Shown here: positions 1 to 13,514 of the stretch, piece by piece
How the letters are laid out: each line of letters opens with the position of its first letter
Numbering within the stretch: position 1 is the first letter of the stretch
DNA from: Eledone cirrhosa
Taxonomy: Eukaryota
Direction: 5' to 3'
NCBI GenBank assembly: GCA_964016885.1
Contig: OZ024743.1
Span: 68,324,001 to 68,388,000, forward strand
DNA: 64,000 nucleotides
The notes under the pieces: model-generated
Database searches by the model: none
Seen by the model: only the letters and a program-made list of their open reading frames with translations
Told to the model about the DNA's origin: nothing
Made by a program: the position numbers and the translations under genes

Positions 1-316
1 GAGTTTTCCTCATCAGTTGTGTACTGGGGGTCTCGGATATTTCTACGCTTTAAAGACAATATATCTACCGCCAAGAGCATCAATAGCTGGATAAAGACAT
101 TGGATTTTCTTACCTTAAGTTGCTCGCACATTGCTCGGTTTGTTGTTGTTTTCTTTCGCTGTTTTCTCTTTTCTTCCCTTTTGTTTTCCTTCCCCCCTCC
201 TCCGTTTTCCCAATAGCTTATCCAGTTATTGACTCTCTGGCCGGTAGATATATTGTCTTTAAAGCGTAGAAATATCCGAGACCCCCAGTAGAAAACGGAA
301 GAAAACTGATGAGGAA
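1..316. repeat. Fold-back element, truncated by the window edge, with a partial HHR core on the minus strand
   Basis: About 22-95 is the reverse complement of about 218-290. The minus strand of 1-16 reads CTGATGAG-GAAAA-CTC; the expected GAAA would lie outside the window. Followed by (TA)n(TG)n. Confidence 0.65.
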
Positions 317-368
317 CCCCCCACCGTTCTTGCTTTCTTCTTATTCCCACTCCATTTTAAGCTATATT

Positions 369-468
<100 letters not shown>

Positions 469-946
469 AGTGTGTGTGTTTGTGTATAAATATATATATT
501 TATATACAAAATACAGAAGTATATATATATATATATATATTTATTTATATATATATATATATATATGTAGATAAATCTACCAAGAGTTTACGGTAGTGTC
601 CAATCCGTATGAAGAACTCAATGTAATCCGGATATCATGGAAAGAAGAGATGCAATGAAAAATCACTTTCGGTGAAAGATAAACGGAATACAGAGTCAAG
701 ATAAAATATAAAAAAAATAATGAATAAAACAATGAAACAGTTCCTTATATTAAACAAAAAAAGTTCATTATTTAACGATCGTTTCTGGAATATATATGTG
801 TTAGAATTGGCATGTATATTTAACAGATCTATGTACAAAATTATACAAAATTATACAAACTATCAAAATTAAATATACATACCAACTCATATATATGCCG
901 TCTTCAGAAATAATAATTTTTTTTAATATTTTTAATATTTTTTTAA

Positions 947-985
<39 letters not shown>

Positions 986-1171
986 TATGTGGACACAAAC
1001 GAAAGTAATTGTACGGAGCATATATATTCGAGAAGAGTGTGTATACGTTTATATGGGCGCACGTGTTTATCTGTTTTTAATAACGTGAATTACATATCCA
1101 TGTACATAAGGTCTCATATAATCAGATTTACATGAGCTTTTACTACTCATTACAGATTTGACAGAAATAAT

Positions 1172-1312
1172 AATTGTTTCTACTTTAGGCACAAGGCCAG
1201 CAATTAACCAGTGCATTACTGGTACTTTATTTTATCGACCCCGTAAGGATGAAAGGCAAAGTCAACCTCGGCGGGATTTGAACTCAGATCGTAAAGGGAC
1301 GTAACTATGCTA
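1172..1312 (-). mobile_element. tRNA-derived Nin-type SINE fragment
   Basis: Motif TTTATCGACCCCGTAAGGATGAAAGGCAAAGTCAACCTCGGCGGGATTTGAACTC (reverse B box) recurs at about 11570, 16079, 16290, 17500, 17702, 20564 and 33413 (-) and at 24644 and 38363 (+). Confidence 0.8.
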
Positions 1313-1978
1313 GAATAATAATGAGTTACACAATACCGAAACTACTACAGAGATAACTCTAACAACAAATGATCGTTATAAAAACATTTTAAAAATAAAT
1401 GTAACATTGTACAATCTATCATAACACATCAGAATGGAAAGTAATCTATGTCGAATATTTCCTTTTCGTATCAAAACCCATTTCCAGAAACGACTAAATA
1501 AAATAAAACCACATAACGGAAAGCTGAAAACTAAACCAAGATATTGCTTATTGTTTTATATTTCTTCTTCTTTCTTAGCAAGAAATATTTCTTGAGCTGC
1601 TATAATTTCCAGCAGCTGTTCGATGAGAGAAATCCAAAGGTTTTTTACTGAAAGTGTCAAGTCTTATCTACAAACATATCAAGGGATACAAACGGTCGGC
1701 ATGCAATTTTCGAAATATGGGGTTATGTTCCATTGTAAAATAACGTTTTTTATGGGGTTTTTTTTGCAAAATACATTATCTACCGTGTTGACGTAATTAT
1801 AGATAATACCATATAAGTTTGCCAGATCAATTCCAATATAAAACCTAACCAACCATTTTCAGAACGTAATGGTGGTTGTTGGAATGCATCACGAATTTAA
1901 CATTTTCATGCAAATTATATATATATATCTGTGCCTGTGTTGGTGTGGGAATATATAAATATATATGTATATATATAT

Positions 1979-2515
1979 ATTGTTATACTTTGGGAGGGTC
2001 ATGTTGCCAATAAGAAACACACGCACCAGTTCTTTCACTCCAATTTATTATAAATTAAATTTATAAATTTAAGAATTTATACATTTCCGGTTGATTGGTT
2101 GGTTCCACAACCGGACGGTTGTTCATATATTGTCAAAGTTCTTTCGTCACACATTATGTAACCTCTTCAGTAACTAGGGATTATTTTCTTTGTTTTGTGC
2201 CTCTCATTTGTTCTGTCCTACGCCATCTTGTTGTTGTGTGTGTTGAGTGTTTCGTTTGCGCATGTGGTACATCCGGCTGTCTATGTGTGTTTTTATTTGT
2301 TTATTTACATGTTACCGTCCGGTTGTCGAACCAACCAACCAACAGGAAATTTATAAATTCTCAAATTTATAAATTTAATTTATAACAAATTGGAGTGAAA
2401 GCAATTGGTGCGTTTGTTTTTTATTAACAACATAACCCTCCCAAATATAACAATATCGGTTTCAACACACGCGCTTCAGATAAAGAATCTTGCTAAACAA
2501 ATTCAGAAACGAAAT
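1979..2515. mobile_element. Non-autonomous PLE fold-back element (family A) between (TA)n tracts
   Basis: Arms 1979-2119 and 2314-2456 are inverted; an extra tail occupies 2457-2515. Minimal HHR motif on the minus strand at about 2132-2174. Same ends as 26071-27003 and 61415-61843. Confidence 0.8.
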
Positions 2516-2749
2516 ATATATATATATATATAGAATATTTTAGTATCGTGAGAGAGTAGAAGGTTTAAAGGGATCAGCGATACATATAGTTAGTTGCCAT
2601 AAGCTGGTGCTTTTGTGCTCAATATCTGTCCCTACAGGGTTAAATATCGGAGGCGTTAATATTTAGGGGGCGAGAATATAAGCTGAGCGGTTACAAATGA
2701 AAGAATTACGAAATAGAATACAGGCTGTTAGAATATGTTTATACAATAA

Positions 2750-2791
2750 GCACCTACGTACGTTTCGCCCGAAAAAGGGCTTCTCAAGGGC
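2750..2791 (-). ncRNA. Type I hammerhead ribozyme, U3-A8 variant (inverted copy)
   Basis: Exact reverse complement of 6491-6532. Confidence 0.75.
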
Positions 2792-3457
2792 ATACAAATC
2801 TAGAGTGTGTTCAATACAAAACCCAGAAGGAGTTTTAAGATGATAACCACATCGAAGTTCATGTATAAATTCAAACATACATGGCTGTTTGCATCACAGA
2901 GCAAGGGGAGTAACTCTGACCGGTGTTTGAATAAGTGTCCCTAAATTATTATCCGTTCACATGATAATTATTCTCCACTACTATTTTATGGGTGCCAACT
3001 TACTACTGCTTAGTCAGGCCGGATCTACGAGGCATAGTTGGTATACAGATGTTTAATTATGCATCCCGTCATCCGGCGTGTTATGGTTTGGTGCAGGAGG
3101 ACCCGGTTTATGGTGTTCAGATATAAACCGGGGTCCAACCATAGAATTACTGCGGTATTCTGTGCCCGCATTTTATCACGGATTCTGCTCTGCTGTTGAT
3201 GAGATTTAGGGGTGCTCTTACGATATGGTAAAGCTCCATGAGACAGAGCTGGCACTTCCTCTTGAAGTTGTAAGGTGTTGCTCTGCTGACAATGTCCCAG
3301 TATGTAGAGAAGCTGATGTTACCTCTGACAAAACCAGGAAGCTGTATAAGATGGACGTGAGCAAGTACACAACAATTTATTTATAACGAATTACACAAAA
3401 ACTATAAAAAACACATCAATTAGTACCTTAAACGACATTAACAGGGTAGGTAACGAT

Positions 3458-4195
3458 ATGCAGACTAGCTTAGACATAGACAAGTACACTAACCCATATG
3501 TCCCTATGACACCTAGATTCTCTCTTAAGGATCACAAATGTAACTTTAATGAAAGCCCCTCTATTAGGTTAATATGTTCCTCTACATCAGATATAGGTAG
3601 GATTAGTAAAGGGATACTCGATAGAGTAATATTTGAACTTAATAGAAAAGCTAAGATCTGTCTCTGGAACAACACCGACCAGGTCATTATTTGGTTCATT
3701 GAGTTGCCCGATAAGACAGCTCTAAAGTTCATCCAGTTTGACATAGATAGTTACTATGCCTCTATCTCCCCCATACTCTTAAACAATGCCTCTATTTTAG
3801 CTAGATTTAACACTAGCCTCACTAAAAATGAGATAGATATAGTACTAGCAGCGCGCAGAACTATTATCCAGTTCGAGGGTTCACATTGGACCATAAACAA
3901 CCGTCCTGATAACTTCGATATCACGATGGGGTTAATTGACTCGGCGCAAGCAACTGATATGGTCGGCATATACCTCCTCCATAGACTTAGGGACGAGATC
4001 CCGGTCCTACGAGAAGGTGTATATAGGGACGACGCCCTATTTACTGTTAGGAACCATAGCCCCGACGCGATAGATAACCTTAACAAGCGCATGCACAGGT
4101 TCTTCAAATCATACGTAACTATAGACCTCAACCACCAGATAGTCAACTTCCTAGACGTGACACTGGAGTTGGATACGGGTCTGTACAAGCCATGA
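3458..4195 (+). pseudogene. PLE reverse transcriptase core fragment
   Basis: Motifs FIQFDIDSYYASI, FDITMG, catalytic YRDD and VNFLDVTL; frame broken downstream. Confidence 0.9.
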
Positions 4196-4277
4196 AATTC
4201 TATCATATATAAATTATGCATCCAACCACACTAAGTCTACTCTCAACTCCATAGTATATAGCATATCCCATAGGATC

Positions 4278-5727
4278 TTGAGGCTATCCGCCAAAGAGAA
4301 CATCTTCAACCTAGCTGCTGACTACTACCATAAAGCCTTGGTGGATGCCGGATATAACCGAAGAATCTCATACCTCCATAACGCAGACTCTAGAAACTAC
4401 CCCCATCATAGGACTAATGCAAGTCATACCTATAACCAAATATGCAGCGGTCATGCTAGAGTCAATAATTGTAGAATAGAAAATAGCACTAAGAAACACT
4501 GCCGTCGCGTTAACTACCTGGGTGGTGGCGTAGACGGTCTACCGCAAAATAAGGGTCAAGATACGGGCAACGGTAGCCGCTGTAACCTACTAGAATTATT
4601 TCCTGCCTATAGTATTAACAATAGTGATGGCCTATTTCCTACACCCTCCAACCGGCGTTTAGCTACACGTAAATGTAACGCAAGGAAAGCTAGTGCACCC
4701 GAACATAAAGCGAAGGCGATGCGCTGTAGGCTGCAGCACAGTTGCAATAATAAGAACGGTGACCTAGCCAACACGACCCGTAATAAGCATACGGCTCCGC
4801 GTAAACGCCAACGTAATGTCCAATGGTTCAATCCTCCCTACTCTTGGAGTGTAGCCTCTGACTTATCTAGAATATTCTTCGAAGCTTTAGAGAAGTACTT
4901 CCCACCCAACCATAAGTACAGAAACATCCTCAATAAGAACAATGTTAAAATATCCTTCTCTACTACACCTAATCTAGCAGACATCATAGGGATAACTAAT
5001 TACAGTAAACTCACCAAAACACGGCACCATAGCAGCGATAAGCCTAGACATGAAAGCACCTCTGATAGCCTTAACGTTTCCCTAGCAGCACTCGACAAGG
5101 TTGTTGGCAGCTCCAACAGACGCAACCGCCAAAACACATCACAACAGACGCAACAGCCAACGACATCACAAAATTGAACGACTAGTACTGGCGACTAGTA
5201 CGGGTTGCAAGGGGGTAGCAGAAGGCGCTGTGAAGCGTGTAGTGTTAATTGTACTACCCCACGTGCCTTTGTATATAATATTACTAACTACGGAGTTAGC
5301 GGCATTGGTGTGGATGATAACGTAGATAGTGATAGTAATAGTCTTACTTCGGGCACTAGAAGCCACCGCAGCGGCAGCGACCGTGGCGGACGCTGCAACT
5401 GTCGTGACCCGGGAAGCTGTCCGCTCATGGGGAAGTTGCCTGACTGACAATGTTATATACAGGTGCATTGTAACTAGCCATAACAGTGTCAAACATTATA
5501 TAGGGGCCATATCTGGCTCGTTTAAAACTAAATTTGGAACACATCTCCACTCTTTTAGAAACAGGAAGCTAAGGTACTATACATCACTCGGCAACTACAT
5601 CACAATATTGAACGACTCCAGCATCACCTTCTTCACATACTGGGAAATTGTCAGCAGGGCAACACCTTACAACTTCAAGAGGAAGTGCCAGCTCTGTCTC
5701 ATGGAGCTTTACCATATCGTAAGAGCA
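4278..5727 (+). pseudogene. PLE RT C-terminus/linker and GIY-YIG endonuclease, frameshifted
   Basis: WFNPPYS...YFPPNHKY...VKISFS; CNCR..CPL; VIYRC...HYIG; CQLC. Confidence 0.85.
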
Positions 5728-6490
5728 CATATTAACCTAATAGAGGGGCTTTCATTAAAGTTACATTTGTGATCCTTAAGAGAGAATCTAGGTGTCATAG
5801 GGTCATATGGGTTAGTGTACTTGTCTATGTCTAAGCTAGTCGGCATATCTTTACCTACTCTGTTAATGTCGTTTAATGATGTGTTTTTTATAGTTTTTGT
5901 GTAATTCGTTATAAATAAATTGTTGTGTACTTGCTCACGTCCATCTTATACAGCTTCCTGGTTTTGTCAGAGGTAACATCAGCTTCTCTACATACTGGGA
6001 CATTGTCAGCAGAGCAACACCTTACAACTTCAAGAGGAAGTGCCAGCTCTGTCTCATGGAGCTTTACCATATCGTAAGAGCACCCCTAAATCTCATCAAC
6101 AGCAGAGCAGAATCCGTGATAAAATGCGGGCACAGAATACAGCAGTCATTCTATGGTTGGACCCCCGGTTTATATCTGAACACCATAAACCGGGTCCTCC
6201 TGCACCAAACCATAACACGCCGGGTGACTGAAGTGCATAATTAAACATCTGTCGTAGATCCGGCCAGACTAAGCAGTAGTAAGTTGGCACCCATAAAATA
6301 GTAGTGGTGAATAATTATCATGTGAACGGATAATAATTTAGGGACACTTATTCAAACACCGGTCAGAGTTACTCCCCTTGCTCTGTGATGCAAACAGCCA
6401 TGTCTGTTTGAATTTAAACATGAACTTCGATGTGGTTATCATCTTAAAACCCCTTCTAGGCTTTGTATTGGAAACACTCTAGATATGTAT

Positions 6491-6532
6491 GCCCTTGAGA
6501 AGCCCTTTTTCGGGCGAAACGTACGTAGGTGC
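6491..6532 (+). ncRNA. Type I hammerhead ribozyme, U3-A8 variant, in PLE 3' region
   Basis: GCCC-UUGAGAA-GCCC(UUUUUC)GGGC-GAA-ACGUACGU-A^GGUGC. Stem III is palindromic; stem I is short and bulged. Confidence 0.75.
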
Positions 6533-6583
6533 TTATTGTATAAACATGTTCTAACAGTCTGTATTCCTTTTCGTAATACTTTC

Positions 6584-6639
<56 letters not shown>

Positions 6640-6643
<4 letters not shown>

Positions 6644-6722
6644 ATAATAATAAAATTGAAGACTAAAATCCAAAGAGGGCTCGATAAGGAAAATATATAT
6701 CAAATATATAAGAACCGTAGAG

Positions 6723-6726
<4 letters not shown>
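6640..6726 (-). mobile_element. 3' tail of family B element inside (TA)n
   Basis: Reverse complement of 41465-41553; also present at about 53134-53283 and 53905-54021. Confidence 0.75.
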
Positions 6727-6784
<58 letters not shown>

Positions 6785-6845
6785 AATATATGTATGTATA
6801 TGTATAGAAAGAAAGTGATTTATCTGAAAACGTGTGCTGAAAGAT

Positions 6846-7190
6846 ATATTGTTATGGATTGGGAAGGTCATGGTGCCAATAAAAAACAAGCGCAGCCGAT
6901 GAAATTCACTTCAATTTATTATTATAAATGTCCTATCATTTAGTTTAATAACCGATTGACTGTTTAGTTGTGAATGGTCATAAAATCTCTTTCGTCATAA
7001 ATTCTGTGACAACCTCGGTGACTAAAACTAGTCTCATTTGTAAGACGTATCATTTGAAGAAATCCCTCTGCACCAACCGAAAATGTGTTATCTGCAGATT
7101 AAGCCCACAGATTAAGTGTAAAACTAGGTACGCTGTATATAGCACAAAATTCATGGAGTGACAATGTAGGAATACGAACAGTTCATAGAT
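6846..7190. mobile_element. Diverged family A PLE remnant (inverted end plus Cys-rich/GIY fragment)
   Basis: Begins ATTGTTATGGATTGGGAAGGTCATG, like family A. 7050-7180 (+) translates CTNRKCVIC...CKTRYAVYS. Confidence 0.6.
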
Positions 7191-7277
7191 ATCAAATATC
7201 AGCCTGGGACATATAAATGAATCGAAACATACGGAGTAATGTTCATTTCCTCCTCTGTATTCTCTGTTCAAATTCCA

Positions 7278-7336
7278 GATGTCTGATGAGGTCATAACTG
7301 TTGCATAACAGTTGTCACCGAAATATACTTAACAGC
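7278..7336 (+). ncRNA. Degenerate type I hammerhead ribozyme
   Basis: CUGAUGA, a 13-bp stem II (GGUCAUAACUGUU/AACAGUUGUCACC, one mismatch), then GAAA. Stems I and III are imperfect. Confidence 0.55.
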
Positions 7337-7509
7337 GATTATGAATAAATGAGGTAAATTATAACCTGTTGACTTGATCTTCACGATTATATCTATATAC
7401 TCCGGAGTAAAGAGAACCACTTGTATACTTCGTGGAATGTTGTGTCCTGCACAAAATCGTGTCGCTGATTAATTAACACAAAATTTACCATATATATTTA
7501 TATATATAT

Positions 7510-8406
7510 AGTACCCTCTTAAGAAAACCAATTGTACTAATAGGAAATGTATTATATGTAAAGTAAAGCCCCGGATAAACTGTAAAACTAGAAACGTAGT
7601 CTATAGCATAAGATGTACAGAGGGTACTTGCAGCAACATGACAACAACATACATAGGCGAGATAGCTCGTAGCATAGGTGAAAAGATAGACCAACAGTGG
7701 TGGGAACTAAAAGGACGAAAACACGGTTCAGTACAATATGAACATGCCAGACAACAAAACGACGGTAACATAGACAACATAAAAATTAGAATAATATCTA
7801 AACATAGAAATGACCCAGCAGATAGCCAAATCAGAGAGGCCAGCGAAATAGGACTTAGAAGGCCAAGGCTAAACAGAAAAAATAAATGGAATAACAACAC
7901 CCAAACAAACAATACTGATCTAAGAGAAGTATAAATAAATAAATAAATACATACACAAGCACAATAACAACAAACACATATAAACACACACTAGTAAACT
8001 AAGAAAGAATACAATAACCAACACACAATCACCCAAACACGAACACACATCAAACACTATACACACACGCAAACGCTTGCGCAGTGAAGACAAAAAAAAA
8101 AAAAAAATAAATAAATAAATAAATAAACAGACTAAATAAATTTGACGTAGGCATACAATACAACGAGAGGAAACATTATAGCACCACTGACGATGTTGCA
8201 GATGTGCAACGAAAGAACTTTATATGTGTTTGTGTCTATATTGTATCTGTATTTTTGACCGTTGGTCAGTCAATGGTAACATTGAGGACCGAATAAATTA
8301 AATTAACCGATATATAAGACACAGAAGCGAAAACCAACCAAACAGTGAGTGTGTTCTGTTATTAATTCTGGCAATATTATTACACAAATATGACCCTCCC
8401 CAAGTA

Positions 8407-8409
<3 letters not shown>
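7510..8409 (+). mobile_element. PLE 3' fragment (family A related): GIY-YIG remnant, 3' UTR and HHR-like core at 8187-8220
   Basis: CKTRNVVYSIRC...YIGEIARSIGE...LNRKNKW; CUGACGA-UGUUGCA(GAUG)UGCAAC-GAAA; ends GACCCTCCCCAAGTATAAC then (TA)n. Confidence 0.8.
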
Positions 8410-8502
<93 letters not shown>

Positions 8503-8505
<3 letters not shown>

Positions 8506-10157
8506 AAAAAGGGATGAAATCGAAAATGCAACTGAAGTCTTATTTTTTTTTAAAATATATATATTTATTTGGTTCCTTTACCGGTTTCGCAGTTCTTCTG
8601 CTTTTCAAAAGGTGAGTTGAGATGGAGGGTCTGTGGTTTTTCTCACATCTAGTTGGTCTCTAAATGTTACTTGTTTTATATGGAAAAAGTGGCTCGAAAA
8701 CCAGGTTTTTCGAGAAGTAATTTGATTGGTTTGTCAATAATTATAATAAATTTCGCGCCAGTTCGCGTTACAATAGTTCTTCAAATAAGAGAGGGGGGGG
8801 GGGTTGTCACAGGTTGTTTTTTCATATATGAGTGTTTGAATTTCTTTTTACTTGAAAAAATGAGGCTCACGAAGGCTTTTTTTTGGTTGGTTATAAATGA
8901 AATTTGGCTGTCACGTGAACAAGTTTTTATTACATTTTTGCGCCCTTATTTGGAAAACTATTCTGTAGTCTTTATAGTGAATGTTATGACAATGGAGAGA
9001 TAGTGGTCAAGGGAAAAGGGATTGGGAGAAATGTTCTGGTTCAGTGAATATGGCCAGCTGTCAGAGTTCAGGTGTCAGAGTTCAGATTTTCTATTGAGAC
9101 TAAAGATATGTGTTTATTTGTGTGCTTGTATGTGTGTATGTGTGTGTGTGTGTGTATGTGTGTATTGGAAGATGATTCTATTAGTAGAGATGGGGGAGGG
9201 AGTTGTGTGTTATGTGTGTGTGTGCGAGTATGTTAGATAGAGAGAATATATATTTTGTGTGTGTGTATATATATATGTGTGTAGGAAAGTGGTTCTATTA
9301 GTAGAAATGGGGAGGTTGTTGTAGGTGTGGGGTTGTTATGTGTGTGTATGGGTGTTATGTGTGTGGGAGTATGGTTAGCATGTTAAGATGAAGAGAATAT
9401 ATATATATATATATATATTGTGTGTGTGTGTATGTGTGTGTGTAGGAAAATGATTCCTTTAGTAGGAATATTTTTGAATGAACATATTTTCCTGACTTTT
9501 TCGTGTTTGCTATTGTATTGCCAGTGCAAACGTATGTTTAAGGTTTATTTAGTTCGGGTTTTTATTTTCTAAAGTAGAAGGTGTTATGTGTGTGTGTGTA
9601 TGTCATATTGTGGTGTTGACATAATGTATATTAAACCTTATTTAATGTTGGTCTATATTTTTGAATAAACATATTTTCCTTATTTATTCGTATTTGTTCT
9701 GTTGTATTGTTAGCGCAAAGGTAAAATGGGAAGACTTGGAATTTGGGTGTCTTATTACTTGTGCAAATGTCTAGATATGCACTTAGTGGTATCTGTCTCG
9801 TGGTTGGATCTCGTAATTGTTGGCGATGAACTGTCATTCTGTTTCTGAGTGTGAGTTTAGTTTGTCCTATATAATCTTCATTGCATCCTTTACATTTAAT
9901 GGCATAAAGTAGATTTTTTGATGAGCAAGTGAAGTGATTTTTTACAGTAAAATTTTGTCCTGATTTAAATGTATACGTGTTGCCTTCAATGAGGTGAGTG
10001 CAGGTTCCACAATTAGAGCGACCACATTTTTTTATACTTGGTTGTGGGTTTGTGGTAGGTAATTTGAACTATTGTAACGCGAACTGGCGCGAAATTTATT
10101 ATAATTATTGACAAACCAATCAAATTACTTCTCGAAGTAATTTGATTGGTTTGTCAC
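8503..10157 (-). mobile_element. PLE 3' fragment (Neptune-like GIY-YIG with CxxC) with inverted 5' segment
   Basis: 10040-9631 translates CGTCTH...CSSKNLLYAIKCKGCNEDYIGQT...RMTVHRQQ...PTLN. About 10067-10135 is the reverse complement of about 8711-8779. Confidence 0.8.
8575..8612 (-). ncRNA. Type I hammerhead ribozyme, U3-A8 variant
   Basis: CCUU-UUGAAAA-GCAG(AAGAA)CUGC-GAA-ACCGGU-A^AAGG. Near-identical copy at 55971-56008 (+); decayed copies at about 29650 and 38648. Confidence 0.75.
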
Positions 10158-10599
10158 TCACATACATATACTCAACAACACCATCAGCTCTCTCTTTTCC
10201 ATTCTCCATCTCCGTCTCCTTCTCTCTCTCTCTATGTCTCTCTTTTAATCTACTCTCTCACAACCACTATCTTTTTCTTTCTCCCTGTTTATGAAAGTAC
10301 CCTGAAAAATCCTATATGTCGGCAACCCGTGCTTCTATTTACGCGAAACTTGTTTAAATTTCATTTGTATTCCCATTTCAGGGTGGACTTCCTTTCAAAT
10401 TATTTTCCCATTATGCGCCGTTTTGGCTGTATTATTATATTACATTACAGACGAGCAAGCAATCACACACAGAGTTTTATAGTATATCGATGTAAATCAT
10501 CCTGGAAATAATAAATTATTTCTAGTTATGTTTCGCCTATTTGTTAAAATTAGTTATGACTATAGTGATTTCAGTTATCATGTGGGTTTATAATATTTA

Positions 10600-11330
10600 A
10601 AAGTTTTCAGGGATTTATGATTACATGAAATAATTTATTCTTGTTTTTTTGTTTAGCAACCTATATTAGGATTTCATTATTTGGAACAGTTCCTGAGAAC
10701 ATAATTGGCATTCCCTTCTTTCGCCTTGGTTAGATTTAGTTCTTTTAAACACACTCCATTCAATTGTGTATGGTATATTTTTCCTTTTAAAATTGCTAAT
10801 ATTCCCCGCTAAAGAGATGGTGTTAGATTATTTAGTATTTTTAAAAGAATATGTATGGGAATAGAACCTTTTCTTGGATGAGTTAGAGGTAGCTCCTATG
10901 TAGGATTGCGTAGAGTCCTTAGTGATTACCTACATTTATACACTATACTGCTAATCCAGCAATTACCATTAAGGGGGCAGTTTGTTTTAATACTATAGTT
11001 ACATCTATTTGCTTGGGATTTGTTGCGTAATTTACTATTATTGTTTATGTTATTACTATTATGTTTGCTACGATCATTAATGGGATCCTCGGTTGTAGTG
11101 GTGTCTAGTTCGTTGGTATTGGGATTATCTGAGGATGATGTTATGGGTACAGAATTACTTGGTATTAGGCTTGTTTGTGTTAGATTAGTCGGTGCTGAGC
11201 TGGTTGCGAGTGCATTTTCTGTGATGGGAAGAGTTGAGGAGAATCTCATGGTTGCTGGATATTTCATTGAGTTGACTTAAGATAGTCTGTATTATGCAGG
11301 TTGTGGGTGTGTAATTAGTATTATTGGATG
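10600..11330 (-). pseudogene. Degraded PLE GIY-YIG region (Nematis-like)
   Basis: CNY...CPLNGNCWISSIVYKC, followed in another frame by YIGATSN..KKRFYSH. Confidence 0.7.
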
Positions 11331-11519
11331 TATTTTGGTTTGATCGAACCTATATATGATGTCTAAGAGTATACAGTTATATAACTGCAATATGTCAATA
11401 TGATAAACCCTCCCAAACGATCGTAAAACAATGATATGTATTGGTACACTAACTTTACTTTGTTATTGTTTGGATTGTTAAATTAATATCTAATACACAC
11501 ACACACACACGCACATATG

Positions 11520-11574
<55 letters not shown>

Positions 11575-12249
11575 TCTATGTTTGGCACAAGGCCAGCAAT
11601 AATCCCAGTGTGTTGCTGGTGCTTTATTTTATCGATCCCGTGAGGTTGAAAGGAAAAGTTAACCTCGGCGTAATTCTATGTTGCAAAGCATGGCATCGGA
11701 CCCTCTACCGGTACTGCCAATCCACCGCCCTGCATATAATGATTGCTTCTAAGGTGACCACACACAGCTAAAGAAGATACAAAAGAAGATGATATATACA
11801 TAGTTTTAATATTCAACAGTTGGTGGAGAATTGGCAGTATCGTTGGTGTGTAGGATTAAATACCTTGATACTTTCTGGACTTTCTGCTTTCTGTGTTTGA
11901 ATCCCGATCCATACTGCCAGGAGTTGTTATTAGTAGATAGTATCTGCAATAGAAAAAACAATTGAAACCTACTTTCCTTTGCCCTGGTGGTACAATCTGC
12001 CTCTTTCCTTTTGTTAATTGGATTCTCCCTTATACAAATTAATATTTTGAAATAGTTCTCACCTAAAGTAACTACTTTATGGTTTCTCCACCAACTAGAA
12101 ACATTAACCAAACTGCTATCCCAAATCCCTCAGTAACATTCTTAGAATTGAATGAAAACGTTTGATTATGTCATCCTAAGTACATCATACTTGAGAGGGT
12201 GAAGGAATATTCACGGCTGATAGGCACTATTCTCAATCAATAACAACTT

Positions 12250-12950
12250 ATACTTGATCAGTTTTATTTGGAAGATAAAGGGACAAAAGTTGGTATTACA
12301 TGTGTTTATTTAAACAGAGCATCGGTGTTTATACGAGCAATGCTATAAGATGTTTTCACCTCAATATATCTATTCACTTGGCAGCACGGAGAAATGCTTT
12401 CATCATACTTTCATTTCCAGATATATCGGTGTCTATAGTGGAAAGTGAAATAAATTTGAATTATGTGAATATGTTAAATCAGATTAAGAGTAAATTTGGT
12501 ATTGCTTTTATTGAGAATCAGGATGATCGGGGCTTTTCTGATCAACTTTTGAACAATTGTTAATATTAATTTCTTCCGTCAATAGATAGAACCAATCAAG
12601 AGTCAGCACAAATTCTTTTATTTTCCATCAATAAACTTTTCATATGGCTCGCACATCTGCTGAACATCATTTAAATATAGCTGGGTTTTTTTCTGAACAG
12701 CCAACAACTATATATAACTGATTCGCAGTTATTCGTTAAATGAGAATATTATTGTGCTTCGAATTTGCAAACAACTTTAAATCACACAGATCTGTTGTAG
12801 TGAATAAGCTTTGTGAGGTAGCTGTTGCAAACCACATTCAGGAATAGCATTCTTCAACTGACACTCACGCCCAGCAAACTGCAGCATTTTTGTGTGAAAT
12901 ATGTAGCTGTGATTGTTGTTTTATACAGATTATAAACAATTAACATAAAG
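12250..12950 (-). pseudogene. Possible degraded hAT (GTF2IRD2/SPIN-like) transposase
   Basis: Broken frames resembling the VEEC and DWFxLxxEExxI (FSLALDESTD-like) motifs. Weak, recognised by eye only. Confidence 0.3.
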
Positions 12951-13514
12951 GTGTATTATGTAGTGGTTACGTTGTTTGGCTCATTCATTGCAAGTTGGGG
13001 TATTGTGTCATGTTTTCCAGCGAGAAAATGATGTCAAGGCGTATTGGCCTATATAATTTCAATTGGGCACAATCAAATAATCTGGAGATGGGAGATTACT
13101 GACACGCTTGGGCAACTGCTGGTCGTTCAAAATCTCTTTGCTCAAGCTTGCTATAGAGACAAGAACATTCCCCCCAAATAACAATCATATAGGCACACGC
13201 ACACGCACACAAACATACATTGATATACATATATTAACATACACTCACTTGAAAGACAACTCAACGACAGAAACAACAAAAACAACAACGGCTCCAATAA
13301 CAGTGTCAAGTTCTTTTCTAAGCATCTAATAGTTAAATTATCAACTTAGACACTATTTAACAAAATTTCTTTCCAATTTTATTTTAGTCACCTTTTGCCG
13401 ACCGATTTGAAACTCATAACAACTATATATATTAATTACAGCTTTATATCAATCTTATATTTTCGAGAACATCAATGTTTTTAAATACGGTGATTCTAAT
13501 ATAGGTTTGCGATA

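Larger units (their letters stand above)
2532..6587 (+). mobile_element. Penelope-like retroelement (Nematis-like), 5'-truncated, with long inverted arms
   Basis: Contains RT and GIY-YIG remnants. 2694-3577 is the reverse complement of 5728-6587. (TA)n on both flanks. Confidence 0.9.

Noticed and set aside
11806-12111. 101-aa ORF as a possible host exon
   Set aside because: It has no recognisable motif or splice support, and no host gene could be identified anywhere in the window.
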